The translations under genes were made by a program, and so were the position numbers. The notes below the pieces were generated by a model. It saw nothing but the letters and a program-made list of their open reading frames with translations, had not been told where the DNA came from and searched no databases. From assembly GCA_038087875.1 (NCBI GenBank), contig CM075987.1:24678001-24742000 (forward strand): a stretch of DNA of 64,000 nucleotides. The letters are read 5' to 3'. Shown here one piece after another: positions 40,097-53,186 of this stretch (position 1 is the stretch's first letter; the number at the start of each line of letters is the position of its first letter). The DNA is from Malacoraja senta. Taxonomy: Eukaryota.

Positions 40097-40355
40097 GTAG
40101 GAAGGAACTGCAGATGCTGGTTTGCGCTGAAGAGAGACACAAAATGCTGGAGCAGCTCAGCGGGACAGGCAGCATCTCTGGAGAGAAGGAATGGGTGACG
40201 TTTCGGGTTGAGACCCTTCTTCAGACTTCAGAGTGAAGAAGGGTCTCGACCCGAAACGCCACCCATTCCTTCTCTCCAGAGATGCTGCCTATTCCTTCTC
40301 TCCAGAGATGCTGCCTGTCCCGCTGAGTTACTCCAGCATTTTGAGTCTATCTTCA
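40097..40355. mobile_element. Penelope-derived foldback mini-element (subfamily A) with back-to-back hammerhead-like cores
   Basis: Minus strand 40224-40195 reads CTGAAGA-A-GGGT-CTCA-ACCC-GAAAC-GTC; a degenerate plus-strand copy starts at ~40233. Confidence 0.8.
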
Positions 40356-41466
40356 GGATAAAGGAGACATTTCTGCAATTTCTACTGAAAAAGTCCATCA
40401 TATTATGACCGCAAGCTAAGGATTAAACCAAGACCACGCTCTCACAAATTGACCTTGGAAGTACTTCAATATTTTCTCTTTCAGATGATTTATTCACAGG
40501 CAATTTGGAAGATAAATGGTGATTGATTATTTGAGAATGCAAAGTTTATTTTCTATTAGTCAGCTTTCAGAACCCTGAATGTTTTCATTGATGCAACAGG
40601 GATAAAGTGCGATTGAGAATTTCGGCAAAAAGTGGCACATGTCATTTAAACATGAGCTTGCTCACGTTGGATCTAAGAATTACAAATCGCTTTCTTAAAA
40701 CAGTGTTTTTGGGGTTTAGAGATACAGTCCCTTTGGCCCATCAAGTCCATGCCATCCACTGATAACCCGCCCTATAACATATGACAGTAGTCCTATGTTT
40801 TCCCACTATCTCGTCCACTCCACACAGAGGCCAAGCAACCTATAAATTCTTTGGGGGTGTGGGAGGAAAGCAGAGGAAACCGGTGAAGGGTGGTGAATCT
40901 GAGGAATTCTTTGCCACAGAAGGCTATGGAGGCCAAGTCAGTGGATATTTTTTTTAAGGCAGAGATAGATAGATTCTTGATCAGTACAGGTGTCAGAAGT
41001 TATGGGGAGAAGGCAGGAGAATGGGGTTAAGGGGGAGAGAGATAGATCAGCCATGATTGATGGTGGAGTAGGCTTGATGGGCCGAATGGCTTAATTCTAC
41101 TCCTGTCACTTATGACCCAGGGAGAATTTGCAAACCCCACAAAGACAGCACCTGAGGTCAGGATTGAACCTAGATCTCTGGTGCTGTGAGGCAGCAGCTC
41201 TATCAACCGTGCCATTGTGTATGTGGGAAGATATTTATACGTCTATGTACATGTACACAAGTTATGAACACCTAGAGCACGGATAAAGTGTCAAAATAGT
41301 ATGATGCATTCCATCTAATGGGATTACATTCTCTGTGGTTAATTGGCATGGTCTCACGGAATGTTATGATGGGTTTGAATAGATGAATAGCTTTTTCGAT
41401 ATTAGTTTCAATAATGGAACGGTCTCTGACGTGTCGCTCTAGAATAAATGTTCAAGATACTAAGTC

Positions 41467-41772
41467 GGCGGCACGGTGGTGCAGCGGTAGAGTTGCTGCC
41501 TTACAGCACCAGAGACACAGGTTCGATCCTGACTGCGGGTGCTGACTGTATGGAGTTTGTACATTCTCCCCGTGACCACGTGGGTTTTGTCCGGGTGCTC
41601 TGGCTTCCACCCACATTCCAAAGACGCGCAGGTTTGTAGGTTAATTGGCTTCAGTAAAATTGTAAATTGTCCCTAGTGTGTGTGTAGGATAATGTTAGTG
41701 TGCGGGGATCGCTGGTCGGCATGGACTCGGTGGGCCGAAGGCCTTGCTTCTGCGCTGTATCTCTAAACTAAA
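41467..41772 (+). mobile_element. HE1-type SINE
   Basis: Full-length consensus match. Confidence 0.9.
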
Positions 41773-42212
41773 CGAAATAGCCAGACGCATAGAAAGTACA
41801 TTTTTAACAGCTTCGTAATAGCTAGTTGTAAAACTTTATTGACTGCCTTTGTTATTTGTCTTTTTATATTCTTTGACAAGTGGTCAAATTAATAAATGAA
41901 AGGAAATGTACGACAAGCAGTGGAATTTCATTTTACCACCAAGCAGATGTTTCAAAGTTGCGTGAATTAAACTAGACTCAGCAGATTATTTCCCTGCTTG
42001 GAAGATAATGCTTACTACAAGTTAAACCGCAACTTGAAAATTCTGTACAACTTTGGTCAGTGTAAGGAAAAAATATAGTTCATAAAAATTAAAATCTTTT
42101 GACCTTCTCTGTTGTTAATTGGCATGATCTCAATGAAGATAATAATAGGTTTGAGTAAGTAGATGACTAGCTTTTTCTGTACTAGTTTCAATAAATTCGA
42201 AATTTGTTTCAG

Positions 42213-42510
42213 GACGGCACGGTGGCGCAGCAGTAGAGTTGCTGTCTTACAGCGCTTGCAGCACCGGGACCCGGGTTCGATCCTGACTACGGGGTGCTGT
42301 CTGTACGGAGTTTGTACGTTCTCCCTGTGACCTGCGTGGGTTTTCTCCGAGATCTTCGGTTTCCTCCCGCACTCCAAAGACGTAGGGTTTGTAGGGAACT
42401 TGACTGAGCATAAATGCGAATTGTGCCGAGTGTGTGTTAATGTGCGGGGATCGCTGGTCGGCGCGGACTCAGTGGGCCGATGGGCCTGTTGCCGCGCTGT
42501 ATCTCTAAAC
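42213..42510 (+). mobile_element. HE1-type SINE
   Basis: Full-length consensus match. Confidence 0.9.
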
Positions 42511-43362
42511 GCTCTGATGTGTCACTCTAAAATATGTCTTTCAAGATACTAATGTTAATATAAACTACTAACTCGAACAAATGGCTCAACAGGAGAGAGC
42601 TATCAAGTTGTGAAACTGACAGGATTGATTTACAATGCATCATAAAAACAGCACAATGATGACAGGGAATACATTTGGTAAATGCTTTTCCAGAGAATAG
42701 ACTTACATTCTGATAGTTTCTGACTGTATTGCTTTGACTCTGTTAAAGTGGGTAGTAACACGGATAATAAATACTGAAAGTTTTAAGGCATAGTGTCATA
42801 GAGTCGTACAGTCTGACAGCATTGAAACCCAACTTGCCCCACACTGGCCAACATGTCCCATCTGCACCAGTCCCACCTACCTGCATTTGGCCCTTATCCC
42901 TCTAAACCTGTCCTATCCATGTACCTGTCTAAATGTTTCTTAAAGGTTGAGATAGCACCTGCCACAACTATCTCCATACACCCGCCATCCTTTGCAGGAA
43001 AAAGTTACCCCTCAGGTTCCTATTAAATTAAAACTATTTTGAGAGGAAATTTAGATTGCTTTTGGAAGCAGAAAGCGAGATGATTTGGCTTGTATCAATA
43101 ATTTCTACTGTACTAGATCTTACTCTGAAATGAACAGTACTTTCCCATTTTGAGGAAGTGAGCATGATGCCTTGTCTCAATTCTAAAATGGGCCTCTGGC
43201 AATGAATGTTCAGTGGGACCCCTAGTCAGGATCGAACCCGGGTCTCTGGTGCTGTGAGGCAGCAACTCTACCGCTGTGCCACTGTGCCTCCCCTAACCTT
43301 GCTCTGGGCACATATATGGTCTTGCGTAGGAAGGAACTGCAGATGCTGGTTTACACCGAAGA

Positions 43363-43748
43363 TTTTGATTTGATTTGATTTGATTTGATTCAATTTATTG
43401 TCATTGCACATTTCAGTGCAACAAAATGGTTTAGCCTTGCAGTCATAACATAGAATAAATAACAAAAACACACACTCAACACAGTTTAGCATCCACCACA
43501 GTGAGTCCACCAGGCACCTCCTCACTGTGATGGAAGGCAAAAAGTCCCAAAGTCCATGTCTCTTCCCTCCTTGCTCTCCCTCTGCGCTGAGGCGATCCAG
43601 GCCTCCGATGTTGTGACCCCGCCGGGTGATGGTAAGTAAGTCCCGCGGCTGAATCCGAACGGGCCGGTTCAAACTCCGCGGCCCGGGGCGGTCGAAGCTG
43701 CCGAAGCTGCCGCCCTCCAGTCCAGCGGACGCAGCTGTTGTTGCGGGA
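43363..43748 (-). mobile_element. 5'-truncated GC-rich retroposon (Rex1-type tail) nested in a Penelope mini-element
   Basis: GCCTTCCATCACAGTGAG hairpin; ends TTGCAC-TGAAAT-GTGCAA-TGACAATAAA-(AATCA)n. Confidence 0.75.
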
Positions 43749-44594
43749 ACACAAAATGCTGGAGTAACTCAGCGTTGCAGGCAGCATCTCTGGAGAAAGG
43801 GAATAGGTGACGTTTAGGGTCGAACGCTTTCTTCAGTGAAGTAGGGTCTCGACCCAAAATGTCACCTATTCCTTTTCTCCAGACATGCCACCTGACCCGC
43901 TGAGTTACACCAGCATTTGGTGTTATTTTTCATATCTGGTCCTGTCCTCTTGCAAGAAGATTTAAAATGAAAATATACAACAAATTAATTTCAAAAATGG
44001 CCACGTTGTGGTTGCAAAGTCTCACCAGTGATGTTCTCTGTGGAATCCCAGTTGAGTTTAGTTTATTGTCACGCGTACCGAGGTACAGTGAAACACTTTT
44101 GTTGCGTGCTAACCAGTCAGCGGAAAGACAATACATGATTACAATCGAGCCGTTCACACTGTGCAGATACATGATAAGGGAATAACGTTTAATGCAAGAT
44201 AAAGCTGGCAAAGACGGATCAAAGATAGTCCGAGGGTCACCAATGAGGTCGATAGTAGTTCAGGACTGCTCTCTAGTTGTGGTAGGATTATGGTAGAATG
44301 TAGTGATCATAGAGGTTTATGCAAATATCTCAAGTTTTGTTTTAAGCGTAGGATGAGGTATTCAGACACGTGGAACGAGTTTTGTTCTCTGTGTTGTGCA
44401 GATGAAACGCGATTACGAGAGTGGAATGTATTTGCGACCACATCCAGGTCCAAGCGATAGCTCTGGGAATTGGACTGGCCTCATTTGGTTGTAAGACATG
44501 CTTGCACTGATGATATGATCTCTTGCAGAGTGTTGCACGGGATATTATGTCATGTTGTCCTGGGCACTGAGACAACAGCACAGCTTTAATAGTC

Positions 44595-45385
44595 TTTGGA
44601 AGGGAACGGGCTAATTGCAGACTGTCAGCATGGCTTTGTGTGGGGCTGGTAGTGTCTTACAAACCTGATTTAATTAATTTTGAGAAGGTGGTAAAGGCGA
44701 TTGATGGGGGGGGGGGGTAGGCTGTGCATGTTGTCTACATCGACTTCAGTAAGGCAATTTACAAGGTTAAATGGTTAAAGGTTTAGAAGGATGAGAGGGA
44801 TTCTTATAGAAACATATAACATTCTTAAGGGATTGGACAGGCTAGATGCAGGAAAAATGTTGGGGGAGCCCAGAACCAGGGGCACCAGTTTAAGAATATG
44901 GGGTAGGCCATTTGGGACTGAGATGAGAAAAAACATTTTCAGCCAGAGAGTTGTGAATCTGTGGAATTCTCTGCCACAGAAGGCAGTGGAGGCCAATTCA
45001 TTGGATGTATGCAAGAGAGAGTTAGTTCCCTTGGGGCTAATGGAATCAAAGGATATGGGGAGAAAGCAGGAACGGGGTACTGATTCTGGATAATCAGCCG
45101 TGATCATATTGAACGGCGGTGCTGGCTCGAAGGGCCGAATGGCCTCTACTCCTGCACCTATTGTCTATGTTTCTACCCTTCTATGTCACTCAAGGTAGGC
45201 TGATCCAGAAGATTAAGGAACGGGGTACTTGGTGACCGGGTAGGCTGGATTCAGAACTAGCTTAACTTTGGATGACCTATAGAACAGGGTAGCAGGGTGG
45301 AAGGGTATTAGTTTGGCTGGATGTCTCTGACCAGTGGTGTTCCACAGGGATCTGTACTGGGACCTCTGTTGTTTGTGATGAATAT
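44595..45385 (+). mobile_element. Old degenerate CR1 RT remnant interrupted by a younger CR1 3' end (~44777-45177)
   Basis: Left part reads CQHGFV...CLTNLI...VVYIDFSKA; right part reads GRLIQKIK...TSGVPQGSVLGPLLFV; a younger tail with 3' UTR lies between them. Confidence 0.8.
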
Positions 45386-45671
45386 GCAGGGTATGGAGGG
45401 ATTACGGATCACATGCATGGGATTTTGGGATAGGCACATGGATATGCAAGGATAGGGATTGTGTACAGTCAGATAAGAGTATGTTGGCATCACAGATAGA
45501 CACAAATTGCTGGAGTAACTCAGCGGGTCAGAGTCTGAAGAAGGGTCCCAACACAAAATGTCATCGGTCCTGTTTCTCCGGAGATGGAGCCTGACCCGCT
45601 GAGTCCCTCCAACACTTTGTGTCTATCCTTCGGTATAAACCAACATCTGCAGTTCTTTGTTTCTGCACTAG

Positions 45672-45985
45672 GTTTTAGTTTTAGTTTTAGAGATACAGCA
45701 CGGAAACAGGCCCTTCGGCCCACCGAGACCTCGCCGAAGTGCAATCCCCACACACTAACACTATCCGACACGCACCAGGGACAATTTACAATTATACCAA
45801 GCCAATTAAGCTACAAACCTGCACGTCTTTGGAGTGTGGGAGGAAACCGGAGATCCCGGGGAAAACCCACACGGGTCACGGGGAGAACGCACAAACTCCG
45901 TACAAACAGCGCCCGTAGTCAGACTCGAACCAGGGTCTCTGGTGGTGTGCGGCAGAATCTCTACTGCTGCGCCACCGGTCCGCCC
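45672..45985 (-). mobile_element. HE1-type SINE
   Basis: Full-length consensus match on the minus strand. Confidence 0.9.
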
Positions 45986-46748
45986 ATGTTCAGCAGAGAT
46001 ATAATGGGCTGAAGGGCCTGTTCCTGTTCATACTCTATGGTCTTAACATCTAGTAGACTAAGTTTCTGAAACGTATCTTGGCCTCCGCTATGCAGAGCAA
46101 CCATGCACTGATTCCACATTCACATTTCTGTCTGACGATCACAACTTCAACCCAAACATAGTCAGAGTGATACAGCGTGGAAACAGGCCCTTCGGCCCAA
46201 CTTGCCCACACCGTCCAATATGTCCCATCGACACTAGTCCCACCTGCCTGCGTTTGCCACATATCCTTCCAAACCTGGCCTATCCATGTACCTGTCCAAC
46301 TGTTTCTGAAACATTGGGATAGTCCCTGCCTGAACTACCTCCCCTGGCAGCCCGTTCCATACACCCACCACCCTTTGTGTGAAAAAGTTCCCCGCTCAGA
46401 TTCCTATTAAATCTTTTCCCCTTCACCTTAAACACAAGTTCACAGGTTATAGGAGTAGAATCAGGCCATTCGGCCCATCGAGTCCACTCTTCCATTCATT
46501 CATGGCTGATCTCTGCCTCCTAATCCTATTTTGCTGCCTTCTCCCCATAACCCTTGATACCCGTTCTAGTCAAGAGTTTGTCTATCTTTGCTTTAAAAAT
46601 ATCCACTGACTTGGCTTCCACAGCTCTCTGTGGCAATGAGTTCCACAGATTAACTAACCTCTGACTAAAGAAGTTCCTCCTCACCTCCTTTTTAAAAGAG
46701 CGCCTTTTACTTCGGAGGCTGTGACCTGTGGTCCGAGACTCTTCCACT

Positions 46749-47593
46749 AATAATAATAATAATAATAATAAGTTTATTTATATAGCACATTTTCCAATTG
46801 ATTTAAATCAAAAGCCAAAGTGCTTTACAGTTACTAACCAAACAAATAATAAAAAGAGATAGAAAAAATGACAACACACTATAAGAGATTTTACACAAAC
46901 ACGAACATCCCCCCACAGTAGAATCTACACTCTCCACTGTGAGGGAAGGCACTAAAATGTCCAGTCCTCCTCCTCCTCCTAGTCCACCCGAGGTCGGGGC
47001 CAGTCTGAGGCCACTGCAGCCAGTCGCCGCAATGGCAGCCCGATGTTGTTTGCCCACCCGCATCGGGTGGAAAAGTCCTCAGCAGCTTGGAAATGTCTGG
47101 AGCGGCCGCTCCTTCCCCGGAGACTGCGACGCTCGCGGACTTCAGGCCGCGCCGGTTGGAGCTTCGACTCCGCGGTGTTCCTGATCCAGCGCCGCCCGCC
47201 CGTGGCGGGATGCCCTCAAACCGCAGACCGCAGACCATGGCTGCTCGATGTTGGTGGTCGGCGGTCACAGCACTCCGGAGCGGCGACCCGACAAGGCATC
47301 GCCCGCTCCCCGTTGGTGTCCCAGTGCTGTGCTGCCGAAGCTGTGGTCCCCGGCAGGAAACGCCGCTCCAGCCCGATGGAAGGCCGCATGGGGAGACCGG
47401 AGACGCGATTCGGAGGAAAACCGCATCTCCGACCAGGTAGGACTGGGGTTAAAACAGTTCCCCCCCCCACATAGAAAGAATAGACTCCAAATAATAAAAA
47501 AATAAAAAATATTCAAACAATAAAAGAGTTAGACGACGGACTGCAGGCAGGCTGCCATACAAACGGCGCCCACTCCTGCACATCCGCCATCTT
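46749..47593 (-). mobile_element. GC-rich non-coding retroposon with an L2-type 3' tail, related to 11812-12740
   Basis: 5' end AAGATGGCGG; shared head CTGCAGTCCGTC; 3' end TGTAAAGCACTTTG...AAATGTGCTATATAATAAAC(TTA)n; interrupts a CR1 tail. Confidence 0.75.
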
Positions 47594-48679
47594 TAAGAGG
47601 ATCACTGGTGTAAGACATGCCGTCGCTGTTCAGAATATTCATTGTCAAGGTTAAAAAATATATTAAATGAGATAATATCTCCACTAGTGGAAACATCCTA
47701 TGTTCTCTGAACCTTGATTCACTCTGGGCAAGAGACTCTGTGCGTCTACCCGATCTATTCCTCTCATAATTTTACACCTCTATAAAACCACCCATCATTC
47801 CCCTGCGCTCCAAGGAATAGAGTCCCAGACTGCTCAACCTCTCCCCACAGCTCAGACCTTGGAGTCCCGGCAACATTTTGAGGTCATATGACTTAATTTT
47901 AGGTACAGACCGTTACAGACACACTTTGATTTGATTACATGTATTTAAACCTTCAGTAAGCTATCAAAATATTAGTTCATAGTTATGTGGTTTTCAAAAG
48001 CATTATTTAGTCAATCAAACTTGAAAGTCCCTGATATTTTATGAAAATATTAGTTGTTCTTTTAATGCAAAGATGTTCTTTCCACTAATTTTTTTTTTTT
48101 TTAAGTAGTCTCCAATTCAAGGCACATGTCCCAGATTCAGTCTGCTCTGATTGACATTTTTCATTTGGGAACTTTAAAGAAGTTTTATTCACCAGATGAA
48201 AATAGTTTTTCTTTTAAATTTTATATATTGGCCCATGTTTAGCAGGTAAGAGGATCACTGGTGTAAGACATGCCGTCGCTGTTCAGAATATTCATTGTCA
48301 AGGTTAAAAAATATATTAAATGAGATAATATCTCCACCCAAAGTTCTATTTAAAACAAATGACTTCTCGACAGCGTTTCATATTTCTGATTATTCCGGGA
48401 CCAATTCAAAGAAAAGGAAATGTTTGACATTTCCAATTATCACTTCCAGAACGTGCGATGATGATGCCATTATTGCCTTTCCGGTAATAGTTCAGTTTAG
48501 TTTACTTGAGAGATACAGCGCTGAAACAGGCCCTTCAGCCCACCGAGTCCGTGCCGACCAGCGATCCCTGCACATTAACACTATCCTACTCACACTAGGG
48601 GCAATTTACAATTAAATCAAGCCAATTAACCCTTTGCGATATGTTTCCAGCATCACTCACAAACAAATGTAGCTCTATC

Positions 48680-49005
48680 AATAGACAATAGGTGCTGGAG
48701 TAGGCCATTCGGCCCTTCGAGCCAGCACCGCCATTCAATGTGATCATGGCTGATCATCCCCAATCAATACCCCGTTCCTGCCTTCTCCCCATATCCCCTG
48801 ACCCTGCTATCTTTAAGAGCCCTATCTAGCTCTCTCTTGAAAGTATCCAGAGAACCTGCCTCCACCACCCTCTGAGGCAGAGAATTCCACAGACTCACAA
48901 CTCTCTGTGAGAAAAAGTGTTTCCTCGTTTCGGTTCTAAATGGCTTACTCCTTATTCTTAAACTGTGGCCCCTGGTTCTGGACTCCCCCAACAACGGTAA
49001 CATGT
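48680..49005 (-). mobile_element. CR1 3' fragment
   Basis: ESRTRGHSLRIRSKPFRTETRKHFFSQRVVSLWNSLP plus 3' UTR. Confidence 0.9.
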
Positions 49006-49318
49006 TTCGGACTTTGGAGAGGGTGCAGAAGAGAAGGTTTACCAGCATGGGGCCTGGATTATGGGGTTTCAGCGACAGGAAGAGGTTGGATAGTCTTGGA
49101 TTGTTTCCTCCGGAACATCGGTGGTTGAGGGGAGACTTATTAGAAGTATGAGAGGCTTAGATAGGGTGGCCACAGAACCTTGGGAATCTCCGACACTAGA
49201 GGGCATAGCTACAAAGGGGGAAGTTTAATGTCGATGCGAGGGATGATCATTGGTCGGCGCGGACTCGGTGGGCCGTAGGGTCTGTTTCCGTGCTGTATCT
49301 CTAATGTATCAAGCCCAA

Positions 49319-49630
49319 GGGCAGCACGGTGGCGCAGCGGTAGAACTACTGCCTTCCAGAGCCAGAGACCCGGGTTCGATCCTGAATACGGGTGTTGTCG
49401 GTACGGAGTTTGTACATTCTCCCCGTGACCATGTGGGTTTCCTCCGGGTGCTCTGGTTTATTCCTACACTCCAAAGACGTACAGGTTTGAGGGTTACTTG
49501 GCTTCTGTAAAATGTCCCTGGTGTGTAGCATAGGGCTAATGTACGAGTGACCATTGGTCAGCCAGGACTCGATGGGCCGAAGGGCCTGCTTCTGCACTCT
49601 ATCTCGAAACTAACACTAAACTATAAACTA
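49319..49630 (+). mobile_element. HE1-type SINE
   Basis: Full-length consensus match. Confidence 0.9.
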
Positions 49631-50804
49631 AATGAACCAAGCGATATGCATTGCACAACAAACTACAGTTCCTAAGATGAAATCCTCCACACATATGATT
49701 TAACACTGTGATTTAGCTGTTATTTTTAAGTATTAAATATGTTTATGTTGCTTAGGGTATTTTCCTCCTAAATCCCAATGTGCCATCTGCAAATAATAAA
49801 AAGATATATATATATATATATATATTCTCCACACTTCTGTCTGTAGAAACACAACTCTGCCAAATTTAAGTTGATTGAAGAGATAAGAGGAAGTAGATCT
49901 GAAATGGAACCTGTGGCGTTCACTAGTGTTGTGGTTGAAATAATTTAAAAAAAATTCTCTTCTGCATAAGATAGGAGGAAAAAAATAAACAGAGGTGTTC
50001 AGAATAATGAGATTCTGATGTGGATCATCTGGATGAATACAGCCACACTGCATTGGACAGGTACATGGATAGGAAAGGTTGAGATGGATATGGGCCAAAT
50101 GCGCCAAGTGTAGACGGGACATGTTTTGGCCGGTGTGGGCAAGCTGGGCCGAAGGGCCTGTTCCCATGCTGTAACACTATGACTCTATGACCATGTAAAT
50201 TGCTAAAAACAATTAATTGAGTTCCTCAAGATTGTGCCTGGATGTCTGCACTTGCTTGAAATATTTTAATTGTTTCATTAGTAATTTGGAATGTCCCAAA
50301 GTACACCGAGGCACACAGGAAAAGACCATCAACATTTGAGCAGCATTTTTGAGACATTTAAGAAGGAAATGAATTATAATGAGCACATTGTTCCGGTATC
50401 TTCAAAGTAGGAATGGAGGTGATAGCAAATCCCGATTTGAGACAAAATAAGTCGACATGGGCAAGTTGGGCCGAGGGGCCGGTTTGCGTGCTGTGTGACT
50501 CTGGGACACTGTTGGTCCTGATGGACTGTCTAGACAACAGGCCATGTTGTTTGAGTAAAAGCTTGGCCACCTTAGACTTTTATCAGGAGGAATTCACTTT
50601 TATTAGGAGATTGTGAATCTTTGGAATTCTCTACCGGCAGAGCAATGGATATGGAGTCAATAAATATTCAAGGCTGATTTAGACTTTTTGGCCTACAAAG
50701 GCAATAAAGATCACACAGGAAAATGGTGTTGAATGGTAGAGATGTCTCAAGAGCCCACATTGTCTGTTCCTGCTCCTATTTCATGAATTATAAAACTGTT
50801 CACT

Positions 50805-51112
50805 TTAGTTTAGTTTAGAGATGCAGCGCGGAAACAGGCCCTTCGGCCCACCGTGTCGTCGACGACCAGGGATCCCCACACACTAACACTATCCTACACA
50901 CACTAGGGACAATCTTCAATTTTACCAAGCCAATTAGCCTACAAACATGCATGTCTTTGGACATACCTAGGAAACCAGAGCACCCGGAGGAAGCCAACGT
51001 GGTCACAGGGAGAACGTACAAACTCCGTACAGACAGCACCCGTAGACAGGATGGAACCCGGGTCTCTGGCACTGTAAGGCAGCAACTCTACCGCTGCGCC
51101 GTCGTGTCGCCC
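50805..51112 (-). mobile_element. HE1-type SINE
   Basis: Full-length consensus match on the minus strand. Confidence 0.9.
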
Positions 51113-51962
51113 TAAACTCTATATACTCATTAAATCAAAGATGCCAATCACAGATTTGATCTTGACTGCACTTTGCCTTTTTGTGTTCTTCATATATATA
51201 TTTTAAAACTTTTTATACATCATAACTTGACAAGGACAAACAGCATTTCAAGATATCACTAATTCATTTTAGGCAATTCTCTGATTTCATTTTAAGTTAT
51301 TGATCAATGTTTTTTCCACAGCTTAAAAAAAACTATATCTGGCAGTTTTGAATATCTAAAATGCTCTGCAGGCTCTATGGAGAATAGCCCTGAGATGGCC
51401 AGTTAAAGAGATGAGCCTGTCAACTGGAGACAGCCCAAACACATTCAGACATTGATCTGTAAGATTCCCAAACACTGCAAGGTCAAAAAGTAACACACCA
51501 TGACTCAACATAAAGTTCTCGCTGAATCACGTTGTTAAAAAAAATACTCAAATATAACACAACGGAATTATTTTCTGACTGGTTAAATGTCATTGTACAG
51601 GATGCCCTAATATTTTAATAACGTGTACATCATTTCTTTAATTAGAGTTTTAGGAGGAGTTCATAAGTGATAGGAGAAGAATTAGGCCATTCGCCCCATC
51701 AAGTCTACTCCGCCATTCAATCATGGCTGATCTGTCTTTACCTCTTAACCCCATTCTCCTGCCTTCTCCCCATAACCCCTGACACCCGTACTAATCAAGA
51801 ATCAAATTGTTAAGTTGATTAATATGTTGTTTTTTTAATACCTTGGTTCTTGGTTTCTTGGTCCTCCAAAATATTCCAAATGGAATTTAAACTGGAGGTG
51901 TACTTTTAAGTACATTATTACTCACAAATTTCGCCCTCTTTCAACTAAAGGTCTAACACTAG

Positions 51963-52445
51963 GGTGATCACGTTGGCGCAGCGGTAAAGTTGCTGCATTC
52001 CAGCGAATGAAGCGCCGGAGACCGGGTTCCATCCTGACTACGAGTACTGTCTGTACAGAGTTTGTACATTCTCCCCGTGACCTGCGTGGGTTTACTCAGA
52101 GATCTTCGGTTTCTTCCCACACTCCAAAGACGTACAGGTTTGCTGGCGAATTGGCTTGGTAAATGTAAAAATTGTCCCGTGTGTGTGTAGGATAGTGTTA
52201 ATGTGCGGGGATCGCTGGTTGGCGTGGACCCGGTGGGCCGAAGGGACTGTTTCTGTGCTGTATCTCTAAACTAAACTAAACTACAGGACTATTTAAAAGG
52301 CGCAGAGGTTTGCAGGTGAATTGGCTTGATGTAAAAGTTAAATTGTCCCTCGTGTGTTATTGGGTAGTGTTAGTGTGCGGGGATGAGTGGTCGGCGTGGA
52401 CCCGGTGGGCCGAAGGGCCTGTTTCCGCATTGTATCTCCAAACAA
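51963..52445 (+). mobile_element. HE1-type SINE followed by a second 3' half copy
   Basis: Full copy to ~52282, then the 3' half repeated. Confidence 0.88.
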
Positions 52446-53186
52446 AAGTAATAACATTGAAGAGTATTGAAGGATTTGAAAAAGCAGAGAGCCCAAGAGC
52501 ATAGATCACCACATGCCTCCATTCATGTTGTGTTTCATTATTTTTCCAACTAATTAAATTAACTCAGTTCAACATGTTAAATAATCTCAAGGAGAAAGTG
52601 ACATTATGGTTATTAATGGTTTTTGGGAAAGAGTAAAATTATTCCAGCCAAAACATTGACATAGAGTTATCGGTCAAGGCCGTGCAAAGTTAGATTTATT
52701 TTCATCATTTTAATTTTCAGCGCAATAAAATGTCAAACCAAATTAGTGAATAAACCATTCACTGTCAGTGTACTTAAAACACACACAAATTAGACAACAG
52801 AAACTCAATTATTTTGAATCAAGCCTCTTTTCCTATGTTTTCTGCTTTTTACCAACATTGCAATAGCAAACTGCAGGAGGAACTCAGCGGGTCAGACAGC
52901 TCATGCCACAACGGATCAATTGAGAAAGGGAGTATTTGTCACTCCTGATCGTGGCGTATAATCAAGAAGCAACAACATCAGATGCCTGAAGTTAACAGGA
53001 AAATCCAACAAAATCCAGTGCATGGGGTCACAAGTTCATAAGTGATAGGAGCAGAATTAAACCATTCGGCCCATCAAGTCTGCTCCGCCATTCAATCATT
53101 GCTGCTCTGTCTCTCCCACCTAACCCCATTCTCCTGCCTTCTCCCCATAACCCTGACACCCGTAACTAATCAATAATCTATCTAAA

